Assembly: GCA_963719365.1 (NCBI GenBank)
Contig: OY970380.1
Span: 590,903-654,902, forward strand
Direction: 5' to 3'
Length of the DNA: 64,000 nucleotides
From: Thermoanaerobaculia bacterium
Lineage (GTDB): Bacteria > Acidobacteriota > Thermoanaerobaculia > Gp7-AA8
Part shown: positions 17,491 through 27,704 of the stretch, in pieces
Layout: each line of letters opens with the position of its first letter
Numbering within the stretch: position 1 is the stretch's first letter
Program-made: the position numbers and the translations under genes
Notes under the pieces: generated by a model
Databases searched by the model: none
What the model was told of the DNA's origin: nothing
Seen by the model: the letters and a program-made list of their open reading frames with translations, nothing else

Positions 17491-19938
17491 CTACGTCTCC
17501 ACATTCAAAAACAAATACACCGCTGCAATCGCGAAGAGGATATTCGCGCTCCAGGCCGACAGCAGCGCGGGCAGGTTTCCTACCTCTCCAAATTTCGTGA
17601 AGACGGCGAAGACCATCCAGTAGACGATGCCGAGGACGAGGCCGACGCCAACGCCGTAGAGGGCGCCGCGTTTTCCGATCCGGAAGGCGAACGGCAACGC
17701 GATCAGGGCCATCACCAGGCTGATGAACGGCCACGACGTTTTCGTGTAGAGCTTCACTGACAGCTCTTCCGCGGCGTAGCCAGATTTTCGGATCGTTTCG
17801 ATGTAGCGCCGCAATTGTCCGAACGTCATCTGATCCGGAGCTCGCGCTTCGGTCGCGAAATCCTCGGGACGTTCGCTGTAATAAAGCCGGAGTGGTCGCG
17901 TGATCGGCGCGTACGTCGATGTGCCGTTATCGCCGAACGAGCGCATCCAGCCGTTCGAGAAAACCCAGCCAACGCCGTCCCATTTCGCGTGCTCCGCGTA
18001 GACACGCCGCGTCAAACGGAACTTCGTCGGATGAAACTCGAAGACCTGAACCTGCGAGAGCTCGTGCTCGTTGCGATCGTAGGCCAGGAAGTTGATGAGG
18101 TAACGGCCCTTGCCGAGAAACCAGAGTTTCTGCTGGTGAATCGTCGAGACGGTGGTGATGGCGGTGCGTTTCGCTTTGATCTTGTTGCGCAGCTCCTCGA
18201 CGCGCTGATTCGAGTACGGCAGAACGTAATCGAGCTGGAGGTAGACCAGGAAGCTGATGACGATGGCAATTCCGACGATCGGTAGCGCGGCGCGATACAG
18301 CGACATCCCGCTCGACTTGAACGCCGTGACTTCGTTGTTCTTCGAGAAGAGGCCGAACGTGACGAGTGTGGCCACGAGCACCGAGATCGGAATCGTGTAG
18401 TTGAGGATGCCGAAGACGCCGAACCGGTAGTACGAAAGCACGGTCTGAAAAGGGATGTGGTTGGCGCGGATGTCGCCGCTCAGATCGGTGTAGTCGAAGA
18501 TGATGAAGAGTGCCGCGGTGGAGATCAGCACCATCATCAGGATCTTGAGAAACTCGCGGATGATGTAGCGGTCGAGCGTGTTCGGAAACGTGATGTCGAA
18601 GCGGCTGAGGATCGCCGGCTCTTCGCCAGCGACGACCGGTCCGGTGTTTTTGCTTTTGCGCGACTTGATCGCCTGCACGATGCGCTTGATGATTCCGGTA
18701 TCCGAGCGCCGCGCGCCGGTATCGCGGTTGGCGCGGATGAGCAGGTAGATGCCGAGCGCCAGGAGGATGAAGTTCGGCGTCCACATCGCCAGCGCCGGAC
18801 CGACCTTCCCGGTGTCGGCGAGATGCTCGCCGTTGTTGATCATCACGTAGTAGATGAGGATGATCGCGATACTCAACGAGAAACCTGAGCTTCTGCCGCC
18901 GCGCCGGTTCGTGATGCCGAGCGGAAGCCCCAGGATGCCGAAGACGATGCAGGCGAATGGAATCGCGAACATCTTGTTCATCTCGACCTTCGCTGCAAGG
19001 TACGTCTCGCGCGCGTCCGCATCGCGCGAGTACTGCGCCCATCGAGCCTGCTCCATTAGCTCGCGGAACGTCATCTCACGCAGCGAGCGCTGGTAGCCGC
19101 CATTGGCGTCGGAGTACTTGTCGGGCAAACGCATCCGCTGCGAGGCGTTGCTGTTGAGATCATAGCGGTCGGGTTTCTTCGGATCCCACAGATGGCTCTC
19201 GGCCGTCTTCAGGTTGAGCCAGACCTGATTGCTCGGTTTCATCACCGAAAGGTTGCCGCTTTCGGCGACGATGATCTTGTTGCTGGAGCGCTGCGGCAGG
19301 AGCGTCTGCGGCGTGGCCGCTTCTTTTTTCGCGGTCTGGATCTGCTGCGCGATCGTGACCGGGCCGCTGCTCGTGCCGGTGCGCGTCTCTTCCGCCGTCC
19401 GGCTGTCGGCTACGAAAACGCCTTTCCACTGCAGCGTCTTCGGATCGACATCGTTCACGTAAATCGTGAGGTTTTCGTACTCGTCGTAGAAGACCCGAGG
19501 CTTGAGCTCCTTTTCGATCTGCGAGGTGAAGATGTCCGATCGCAGCGCCTGCAGCTCGGAGTTGCCGCGCGGCAGAACGAAATTCATCAAGTAAAGGTTG
19601 AGGAAGAAGACCAGGACGCTGAAGAGGAACACCGGCCGGTAGATGGTGCGCGTGGAGATGCCGAGGGCGCGCATGGCGATGATCTCGGAGTCGGATGAGA
19701 GACGTCCGATGGCGATCAGGATTCCGAACAGCAGCGACATCGGCACCGTCAGCACGACGATGTGCGGGAGCGAAAGGTAAAGCAGACGCGCCACGGTCGT
19801 CGCCGGGAGCGACCGCTTGATGATCATGCCTGCGAAGTCGAAGAGGTTCTTCATCAGGATGATGAATGTGTAGAAGGAGAAGCCGAGCAAGGTCGGCCCG
19901 AGCATCTCCTTGAAGATGTAGCGCGTGAGGATCTTCAT
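17491..19938 (-). CDS. Fused LptF/LptG-type LPS export permease (two YjgP/YjgQ domains in one 815-aa polypeptide)
   Basis: N-terminal YjgP/YjgQ domain (MKILTRYIFKEMLGPTLLGF...). Second domain begins DRYIIREFLKILMMVLISTAALFIIFDY... Each half has its own periplasmic insert and transmembrane helices. Confidence 0.8.
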   Translation of the reverse strand: MKILTRYIFKEMLGPTLLGFSFYTFIILMKNLFDFAGMIIKRSLPATTVARLLYLSLPHIVVLTVPMSLLFGILIAIGRLSSDSEIIAMRALGISTRTIYRPVFLFSVLVFFLNLYLMNFVLPRGNSELQALRSDIFTSQIEKELKPRVFYDEYENLTIYVNDVDPKTLQWKGVFVADSRTAEETRTGTSSGPVTIAQQIQTAKKEAATPQTLLPQRSSNKIIVAESGNLSVMKPSNQVWLNLKTAESHLWDPKKPDRYDLNSNASQRMRLPDKYSDANGGYQRSLREMTFRELMEQARWAQYSRDADARETYLAAKVEMNKMFAIPFACIVFGILGLPLGITNRRGGRSSGFSLSIAIILIYYVMINNGEHLADTGKVGPALAMWTPNFILLALGIYLLIRANRDTGARRSDTGIIKRIVQAIKSRKSKNTGPVVAGEEPAILSRFDITFPNTLDRYIIREFLKILMMVLISTAALFIIFDYTDLSGDIRANHIPFQTVLSYYRFGVFGILNYTIPISVLVATLVTFGLFSKNNEVTAFKSSGMSLYRAALPIVGIAIVISFLVYLQLDYVLPYSNQRVEELRNKIKAKRTAITTVSTIHQQKLWFLGKGRYLINFLAYDRNEHELSQVQVFEFHPTKFRLTRRVYAEHAKWDGVGWVFSNGWMRSFGDNGTSTYAPITRPLRLYYSERPEDFATEARAPDQMTFGQLRRYIETIRKSGYAAEELSVKLYTKTSWPFISLVMALIALPFAFRIGKRGALYGVGVGLVLGIVYWMVFAVFTKFGEVGNLPALLSAWSANILFAIAAVYLFLNVET

Positions 19939-19962
19939 CAGCAGGCTGAGTCTATCGCGGTG

Positions 19963-20127
19963 TTTCAGAGATCAGGGATCAGAGACTAGAGATCTGGAAA
20001 CGACAGACGGTCGCTGATCGTCGCTGATCTCTGGTCTGTGACTTCCACGGGGCGTGCCGAGTCACCGGAGGTTGGTCGAGACGAGCGATCAGGGATTCGA
20101 TTCCTGACCGCTGATCTCGGATCCCTT
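19963..20127. repeat. Pair of purine/pyrimidine-arm hairpins (GATCAG tandem motif)
   Basis: CAGAGATCAGGGATCAGAGACTAGAGATC at 19963-19997 versus GCTGATCGTCGCTGATCTCTGGTCTGTG at 20012-20040. A second hairpin GCGATCAGGGATTCGATTCCTGACCGCTGATCTC lies at 20079-20127. Confidence 0.5.
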
Positions 20128-20168
20128 GCCTCTGCTTTTCACCTTTCCACAGGGTCTCGTAAGATAGA

Positions 20169-21127
<959 letters not shown>

Positions 21128-21140
<13 letters not shown>

Positions 21141-22255
21141 GCCACCCTCCTCGGCACCGCCACTTCCGCCAGCGCCTGGTCGAGGTCGTCGATCAGATCG
21201 CGCACGTCTTCGAGACCGATCGACAGTCGAATGAGTCCATCCGCAATTCCGACCCGGCGCCGCACCTCGGGCTCGACGGACGCGTGCGTCATGGTCGGCG
21301 GATGACAGAAGAGACTCTTCACGCTGCCGAGGCTCTCGGCGAGAGTCCAGAGGCGAAGGCGTTTCGTGAAGGCGATCGTGTCCGCGACGTCCGCATCGAG
21401 CTCGAACGAGACGATGGCGCCGAATCCTGGATAGTGAATTCGCGCGATCTGTTCCTGCGCCCGCAGATACGCCACCACCTCGGACGCGTTCTGACAGTGC
21501 CTGGCCATCCGCAGCCCGAGCGTTTTCACACCGCGAAGGATGAGAAAACAATCCTGCGGCCCCGGCACGGCGCCGATCGCGTTCTGGAAAAACTTCAGGT
21601 CGTCGAAAAGCCCTTCATCGTCGGTGATCACCGCCCCGCCGAGCGCGTCGCTGTGACCGTTGATGTACTTCGTCGTCGAGTGGAGAACGATGTCCGCGCC
21701 GAGCGCGATCGGCTGCTGCAGCACGGGCGTGGCGAAGGTGTTGTCGACGACGGTGCGGATTCCGGCGCGGCGCGCGATGGCGCTGCACGCCGCGATGTCA
21801 GTGACCTTCAGCAGCGGATTCGACGGCGTTTCCAGCCAGAGCAATTTCGTCTCCGGCCGGATCGCTGCTTCGACTGCAGCGAGATCGCTGGTATCGACAA
21901 ACGTGAAGTCGATCCCGAACTTGGCGAAGTACTTCGTGAAAATGCGCCAGGCGCCGCCGTAGAGATCCTGCGTCGAGACGACGTGATCGCCTGTGCGCAG
22001 CAGCGACAAGACGTTGTGAATTGCGGCCATGCCGCTGGCAAACGCGAGCCCGTATCGCGCGCCCTCGAGCGCGGCGAGACATTCTTCGAGCGCGCGCCGC
22101 GTCGGATGCTCGGTGCGCGCATAGCCGAAGCCGCGGTGAACGCCGGGCTCGAGCTGGCCAAAGGTTGACGTCTGGTAAATCGGAACAGTGACGGCGCCGG
22201 TCGCCTCGTCATTGGGCTGACCGGCGTGGATTGCAAGCGTATCGAAGCGGTACAT
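21128..22255 (-). CDS. Cys/Met-metabolism PLP-dependent enzyme (cystathionine gamma-synthase / O-acylhomoserine sulfhydrylase family)
   Basis: 375 aa. MYRFDTLAIHAGQ N-terminus. PLP-lysine region STTKYINGHSDALGG. Operon partner of hom. Confidence 0.85.
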
Positions 22256-22430
22256 GTCGTTCCCCTCCTGCCGCGCGGCTGGCGGCGGAAATTCGCTGCT
22301 GACGTGTCGGGGAGAAAATCTTTAGGAGGGACCCGGGTCGGGGAAGCAGTCAGTCTACGCGTCCGCGCCCGGGCGGCGCATCACCATTCGGCGCATCGAC
22401 ATCATGGTGTGGCGAGACATGTTGGGGCGG

Positions 22431-22492
22431 GAGGATAGCACGCGAAGACGCGAAGGCACGAAGAAAAACAATTAGAACCATTCGCGTCTTCG
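22431..22492 (-). terminator. GC-rich hairpin 20 nt downstream of the GNAT gene stop (no U-tract)
   Basis: GCGAAGACGCGAAGG...CCATTCGCGTCTTCGC forms a 13-bp stem around a 22-nt AT-rich loop. It could instead belong to the hom/metB leader. Confidence 0.3.
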
Positions 22493-22512
22493 CGGCTTCG
22501 CGTGAAACGCTT

Positions 22513-23310
22513 CTAATCAAACACTCTCTTCATCGACACCTTCGTATAGACCAACTCGAATCCGCGTCGGAGCACATTCCGATGCGATGCGCTTCCCGGC
22601 AGCGTCGAGACGAATGCGAGCTCGCATCCCTCCCCGCTTGCCTCGGCCAGCCGGCGCGCGACGAGGGCATTTTGCACGCCGCGTCCGCGAAACTCCGGGA
22701 GCGTGGCCGCGCCGAAGAGTCCGACGACGCCGAGGTCGCGGACGCTGACGGATGCGGCTGCGCCACATGCGATTCCATCGATCGACGCGAGATAACAACG
22801 GCCGCCCTCAGCCGCCGTGAATGCATCGCCAATCTCGCGCAGCATCTCCTCGTCGACTCCCTCGGTCGCAAATCCAGCCGCGCAGACGCGTGCCCACGTC
22901 GAAGCTTCGTTACGATCGATGAGGTGAACCTCGATCGCTGGATCGGTGGGATTCGAAACGATCGCATCGATTCTCTGCACGAAGGCATTCTCGAACTCGA
23001 AGAATTGGTAGCGACGCGACGACAACTCCGCGAGCAGGATCGGATCGCTCCACGGTGTGATGTGAATCGAGCATGCGGCGCCGCGCGAACGAAAGAAGTC
23101 TTCGATGCGGTCGACGTCGGCAACCGTCACCGGCTCACCGATTCCTACGCCGATGGCCTGTGTGATCGGCGAGTCAGGCGTGAAGAAAATCGCTTTGCCG
23201 CCGGCGACATCGAGAACCTCGCCGCCGGCTCTTGCGAACGCGTTTGCTGCGCCAACGCGCGCCTGAAACGATTCGAGCCGATGCGCCAGCGCTGCGTCGC
23301 CGACGATCAT
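22513..23310 (-). CDS. GNAT family N-acetyltransferase
   Basis: 265 aa. Acetyl-CoA binding motif RGRGVQNALVARRL in the C-terminal half. Confidence 0.6.
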   Translation of the reverse strand: MIVGDAALAHRLESFQARVGAANAFARAGGEVLDVAGGKAIFFTPDSPITQAIGVGIGEPVTVADVDRIEDFFRSRGAACSIHITPWSDPILLAELSSRRYQFFEFENAFVQRIDAIVSNPTDPAIEVHLIDRNEASTWARVCAAGFATEGVDEEMLREIGDAFTAAEGGRCYLASIDGIACGAAASVSVRDLGVVGLFGAATLPEFRGRGVQNALVARRLAEASGEGCELAFVSTLPGSASHRNVLRRGFELVYTKVSMKRVFD

Positions 23311-24137
23311 TCGCTCTCGATCCGCCGCAGCAACTCGCGAAGCGCCTCAGCGATCTCGCTCTTATCCACATTCGCTTTGCGGAAGCTGAGGTTGACGCTG
23401 AACGGCAGCGACTTGTCCTTCACCTGCCAGGTGAAATTCTTCGGACGTCCGGCTGTCTTCGCGGCCGGCTTTGCGGTCTGTTTGCGGACTTCATCACGCG
23501 TCAATTCGCCGGCACCGAAACGGCGGACGACATCCTCCATCGCCTCTTCGTCGCCGGCGCGGGCGATCTGCACGAGGATCGACTTGTTGGAAATGCCGGC
23601 CTCGCGGCACATCGCGCGAATGCGGTCGGGGATCTCGTTGATCGACAGCGTCTCCGTGATCGTCGTGCGCGATTTGCCGATGACGTGCGAGATCTTCTCG
23701 TGCGTGTAGCCGAACTTCTGCTGCAACGCGAGAAAGCCTTCCGCTTCTTCAAACGCGGTCAGGTCCTTGCGCTGAATGTTCTCAATCAGTGCGATCTCGA
23801 GCTGCTCTTTGTCGTCGACGTCGAGCTCGATCGCGGGGATCTCGTCGAGTCCGGCCAGCGATGCCGCGCGGAAACGGCGCTCGCCGGAGATGATCTGGTA
23901 GCGATTGGGACCGGCGTTGCGGACGAGAATCGGTTCGAGCACGCCCTTCTCTTTGATCGACGCCGCCAGCTCTTCGATGTTTCCGAGTTGCGTGCGTGGC
24001 TGCTCGGCATTCGGCTCGATCAGCTCCAGCGGAATCATCGATCCGATGTGACGCCCGGAGCGGCGCGTCAGCTCTTCGACGAAATGCGCGTCGTGGCGCA
24101 TGGAGGAACGCTCGGGCAAGCCGCGTTTCATGCTCAT
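23307..24137 (-). CDS. parB: Chromosome partitioning protein ParB/Spo0J
   Basis: ParB box ISGERRFRAASLAGL. HTH region. 276 aa. Overlaps the GNAT gene by 4 nt. Confidence 0.9.
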   Translation of the reverse strand: MSMKRGLPERSSMRHDAHFVEELTRRSGRHIGSMIPLELIEPNAEQPRTQLGNIEELAASIKEKGVLEPILVRNAGPNRYQIISGERRFRAASLAGLDEIPAIELDVDDKEQLEIALIENIQRKDLTAFEEAEGFLALQQKFGYTHEKISHVIGKSRTTITETLSINEIPDRIRAMCREAGISNKSILVQIARAGDEEAMEDVVRRFGAGELTRDEVRKQTAKPAAKTAGRPKNFTWQVKDKSLPFSVNLSFRKANVDKSEIAEALRELLRRIESE

Positions 24138-24146
24138 GAAGTAACC

Positions 24147-24902
24147 TCAGACACGGGACAGGATCTCCTCACTCAGCGAGTAGTACTCCATCGCGCCGCT
24201 CGATCGCGGCGCAAAGGTAAAGATCGATTCTTTGTACGCCGGACTCTCTTCGAGCCGGATCGATTTCGTGATCACGGTGTTGAAAAGGCGCTCGCCAAAA
24301 ACCTGGCCGATCTGCTCGTGGATGTCGCGCGCCAGCGTGGTGCGCTTGTCGTGCATCGTGATGACGACGCCGAGGAGTTGGAGGTTCGGGTTGGGACGCG
24401 CTTTGATTTTTTCGATCGTTTCCAGCAGATCGTCGGTGCCTTCGAGCGCGAAGTACGACGATTGAATCGGCACCAGCACGTGGCTCGACGCCACCATCGC
24501 GTTGACGGTGATCATGCCGAGCGTCGGCGGCGTGTCGATGAAGATGTAGTCGTACTCGGTCGACGCTGCCACCATTTTGTCTTTGAGCCGGAACGGTCCG
24601 TCGAGCTCGCCGATCAATTTCGATTCGAGTTTGGCCAGCGCGATTTTCGACGGCGCGAGAAAAAGGTTCGGCAACGGCGTCGGGACGATCACGTCGTTGA
24701 GGCCAAGCTCTTCGCTGACGAGCACATCGAACATCGACCGCGAAATGCTGCGCGGATCGACGTAGCTCATCGTGCTGTTCGCCTGCGGATCGAGGTCGAT
24801 CAGCAGCGTTTTGAAGCCCTTGTTGGCGACGGCTGCGGCGAGGTTGATGGTGGTGGTCGTCTTGCCGACCCCGCCTTTTTGATTGGCGACTGTGATGATC
24901 AT
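24147..24902 (-). CDS. parA: Chromosome partitioning ATPase ParA/Soj
   Basis: Deviant Walker A motif ANQKGGVGKTTT. 251 aa. Confidence 0.9.
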   Translation of the reverse strand: MIITVANQKGGVGKTTTTINLAAAVANKGFKTLLIDLDPQANSTMSYVDPRSISRSMFDVLVSEELGLNDVIVPTPLPNLFLAPSKIALAKLESKLIGELDGPFRLKDKMVAASTEYDYIFIDTPPTLGMITVNAMVASSHVLVPIQSSYFALEGTDDLLETIEKIKARPNPNLQLLGVVITMHDKRTTLARDIHEQIGQVFGERLFNTVITKSIRLEESPAYKESIFTFAPRSSGAMEYYSLSEEILSRV

Positions 24903-24920
24903 TGAACGGGCTCGATTGTA

Positions 24921-25039
24921 GCGGACGGGAGTCGCTTATCGGGAGTCGGGAGTCGGAGAAATTCAAAGTTCATCGAAATCCGGTCAGGACGTTGAACTTC
25001 GTTCTCCGACCCCCGACTCCCGACAACCGACTCCCCCAC
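24921..25039. repeat. G-rich/C-rich long inverted repeat (GGGAGTC tandem motif)
   Basis: G-arm GGGAGTCGCTTATCGGGAGTCGGGAGTCGGAGAA. C-arm TTCTCCGACCCCCGACTCCCGACAACCGACTCCC, near-perfectly complementary. ~40-nt loop. Lies between the DUF151 gene stop and the parA start. Confidence 0.65.
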
Positions 25040-25041
25040 TC

Positions 25042-25542
25042 TCACATCTTGTACTTGCCCAGCTCCTCGGTATCCAACTGTTCGAACCACGTTTTCGCTT
25101 TTTCGTCCTGATCCTCGTCATCGGGCGTGATGGTCTGGGCCATATCGAGGACGGATTGGGCGACGTAGATCGGCGCTTCGGTGCGGAGTGCGAGGGCGAT
25201 GGCGTCGCTTGGACGGGCGTCGAGCTCGAGGGTGCGGTCCTCGCCGGAACGGTTCACGATCACGCGGATCTGTGCGAAGAAGGTCGAATCGCGAAGGTCG
25301 TTGATCACGATGCGGGTGACGCGCGCACCAAGCTCACCGATGGCGGTGCGCAGTAGATCGTGCGTCATCGGACGCGGCGTCTCAACGTTTTCGAGCTGCA
25401 GAGCGATGGCGTTCGCTTCGAAAATGCCGACCCAGATCGGAAGAAAAAACTTCTCCTCCTCATCTTTCAAAACCACGATCGGCGAATTGGATACGGGGTC
25501 GAGCATCAGACCCTTGATCGACATCGGTACGAGCTGACTCAT
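25042..25542 (-). CDS. Bifunctional nuclease family protein (DUF151/BFN domain)
   Basis: 166 aa. LDPVSNSPIVVLKDEEEKFFLPIWVGIFEANAIALQLENVETPRPMTHDLL matches the BFN family. Confidence 0.75.
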   Translation of the reverse strand: MSQLVPMSIKGLMLDPVSNSPIVVLKDEEEKFFLPIWVGIFEANAIALQLENVETPRPMTHDLLRTAIGELGARVTRIVINDLRDSTFFAQIRVIVNRSGEDRTLELDARPSDAIALALRTEAPIYVAQSVLDMAQTITPDDEDQDEKAKTWFEQLDTEELGKYKM

Positions 25543-26840
25543 GCGACGGCCTCCCCACGTAACGTGTGATGCTGCGCTTGCTCGATGCGCACGCCCAGCA
25601 TACTCCCCGGACGCGTCGATGGGTCGCCGCTGAAATTCACCACCCAGTTGTCGTCGGTGCGGCCGGTCAGCATCGTTGGATCGTGCTTGCTCGGACCTTC
25701 GACGAGCACCGGCAGAATGCGGCCGCGATACGAATCGAGATGCTCATGTTTGTACAGCTCGTGAATTTCGAAGAGACGATTGAGCCGTTCTGACGCGACG
25801 GCATCGTCGACCGCCGTTCCGAGTTTCAGCGCTGGCGTGCCGGGACGCGGCGAGTACTTGAATGCGAAGAGTGATCCGTAGCCGACTTCGTTCATCAGCG
25901 AAAGCGTCTGCTCGAAATCGTCCACAGTCTCGCCAGGAAACCCAACGATGAGATCAGTCGAAAAACTGATCTCCGGGATGGCCGCACGGATCCGCGCGAT
26001 GGTGTCGAGATAGTGCTCGCGCGTGTAGAGGCGCTTCATCCGCCGCAGAACTTTCGATGATCCCGATTGCACCGGCAGGTGGAGGTAGCGCGAGATGTTT
26101 TCGTGATCCCGCATTGCCGCGATCATCGAATCACTCACCTCGGCGGGATGCGAAGTCATGAAGCGCAGGCGCGCCACGCGATCGATCTCCGCGACGGCGC
26201 CGAGTAGCGCGCCAAAGTCACGTCCGCTGATCGGGCAGCGATACGCGTTGACGGTTTGGCCGAGCAACTCGATCTCGACGCGGCCGCTCTCGACGGCGGC
26301 GCGCACTTCGCGCAGCACATCATCGAACGGACGCGACACCTCGCGGCCGCGCGTCGTCGGCACGATGCAGAACGTGCAGTTCTTGTTGCAGCCTTCGATG
26401 ATCGTGACCTGAGCCTTCGTTGCCGACGGTCGATCGACGGTCAGATAGTCGTAGTTCCGATCCTCGGGGAAGTCGATGGCGACGCGCCGCTCCCCGGCCA
26501 GGATCTGATCGATGTGGCCGACGTTGCCCGGCCCCATCACGAAATCGACCCACGGCGCGCGATGCAGGATGGCCTCCCCTTCCTGCTGCGCCACGCAGCC
26601 GCAAACACCGATGCGCAGATCCTCGCGCGCCGCCTTCATCTCGCGAAGACGCCCGAGGTGCGAGAAGACTTTCTGTTCGGACTTGTCGCGAATCGAACAG
26701 GTGTTGAGCAGAATGAGATCCGCCGCGCTCTCGCTCTCCACGCGCTTGTAGCCGCGCAGCTTGAGGCTGCCGGAGAGCCGCTGGCTGTCGAGATCGTTCA
26801 TCTGACAGCCCCACGTTTCGATGAAGAAGGTTTTGGTCAT
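25539..26840 (-). CDS. miaB: tRNA-i6A37 methylthiotransferase (radical SAM MTTase)
   Basis: UPF0004 N-terminus with WGCQMN. Radical-SAM CxxxCxxC motif (CNKNCTFC). TRAM C-terminus. 433 aa. Confidence 0.85.
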   Translation of the reverse strand: MTKTFFIETWGCQMNDLDSQRLSGSLKLRGYKRVESESAADLILLNTCSIRDKSEQKVFSHLGRLREMKAAREDLRIGVCGCVAQQEGEAILHRAPWVDFVMGPGNVGHIDQILAGERRVAIDFPEDRNYDYLTVDRPSATKAQVTIIEGCNKNCTFCIVPTTRGREVSRPFDDVLREVRAAVESGRVEIELLGQTVNAYRCPISGRDFGALLGAVAEIDRVARLRFMTSHPAEVSDSMIAAMRDHENISRYLHLPVQSGSSKVLRRMKRLYTREHYLDTIARIRAAIPEISFSTDLIVGFPGETVDDFEQTLSLMNEVGYGSLFAFKYSPRPGTPALKLGTAVDDAVASERLNRLFEIHELYKHEHLDSYRGRILPVLVEGPSKHDPTMLTGRTDDNWVVNFSGDPSTRPGSMLGVRIEQAQHHTLRGEAVA

Positions 26841-27322
26841 GGCAACTTCGGTTGCAGTTTCTCCAACGCGTCGCGCGCGTCGGCTAGTTCCTTCCTGGCT
26901 GTTTCGAGTTGCAACTTCGTCTGCTCGAACCGCGCGGCGATCGTTTTGTCGCGATAGTTCGGATCGTTCTCTGCGTAATACGACTGCTCCAATCGATCGA
27001 GCTCTTTGTCGAGATCGCTGACTTTGACTTGCGCGGCATCGGCGCGCTTCTGTGCGTCGGCGCGGGCATGAATCAACTTGCTCTGATCGGCCATCGCGGG
27101 CGGCATCGGCACCGGCGGCGTCTCCGGTCTCGCAGCGGCCTTTGCGCCCGCAGGCGCCGAGCTTTTCACCGACGACTTCTTCACGTCGGCGTTCGTGATC
27201 GCTTTCTTCGTCGTTTTCTTCTTCGGGCCGCCGTTCTCTTTCGCGGCTTTCACGAGCGGCGAGTCCTCTGCGTGGCCGGCGACGGCAACGAGAAGAACGG
27301 CGAGAGCGAGAAACTTTTTCAT
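26837..27322 (-). CDS. Hypothetical secreted coiled-coil protein
   Basis: 161 aa. Signal peptide MKKFLALAVLLVAVAGHA. Lys/Ala-rich region followed by a coiled-coil C-terminus. Confidence 0.5.
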   Translation of the reverse strand: MKKFLALAVLLVAVAGHAEDSPLVKAAKENGGPKKKTTKKAITNADVKKSSVKSSAPAGAKAAARPETPPVPMPPAMADQSKLIHARADAQKRADAAQVKVSDLDKELDRLEQSYYAENDPNYRDKTIAARFEQTKLQLETARKELADARDALEKLQPKLP

Positions 27323-27702
27323 GGGGCTGATGTGCCGGCGCGGCCGTATCGATCTTCGAGGCGGACCACGTCGTCGAGCTCGGGCGTGGAGACCTCCGCG
27401 AGGTCCGTATCCTCCTGCGCTTCCATCCGATGAATCATCCGCGGCGGAATGTGAAACGCCTCGCCGCCGCGCAACCGGATGTCGCGGCGATCGCCATCGA
27501 CTTCGATCGTCAGCTTCAGATCGCCAGCCACAACAAAGAGCGTCTCTTCTTTGATTTCGTGGTACTGCAAGCTGAGGCTCTCGCCCCGGTTGATGTGCAG
27601 GATCTTGCCGACATAACGATCCGTCTTCGCGAAGATCAACTCATATCCCCATGGTTTGGAGACGCGCTTAACTGGCAGGTGATCGAAGAGATGCTCGTTC
27701 AT
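27319..27702 (-). CDS. Cupin domain protein (mannose-6-phosphate isomerase type II-like fold)
   Basis: 127 aa from the internal Met at 27702. Cupin motifs G(x)5HxH(x)3,4E(x)6G region ...LQYHEIKEETLFVVAG... and HIPPRMIHRMEA. Confidence 0.65.
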   Translation of the reverse strand: MNEHLFDHLPVKRVSKPWGYELIFAKTDRYVGKILHINRGESLSLQYHEIKEETLFVVAGDLKLTIEVDGDRRDIRLRGGEAFHIPPRMIHRMEAQEDTDLAEVSTPELDDVVRLEDRYGRAGTSAP

Positions 27703-27704
27703 TT

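Noticed and set aside
20079-20127. GGGATTCGATTCC resembling a tRNA T-arm/T-loop
   Set aside because: No acceptor stem, D-arm or anticodon arm can be built from the flanking sequence. It fits the local GATCAG-type palindrome family.
22256-22430. SAM riboswitch upstream of the met genes and T-box upstream of trpS
   Set aside because: The conserved core motifs of SAM-I/II and of the T-box were not found by visual inspection. Both are left as open questions rather than features.
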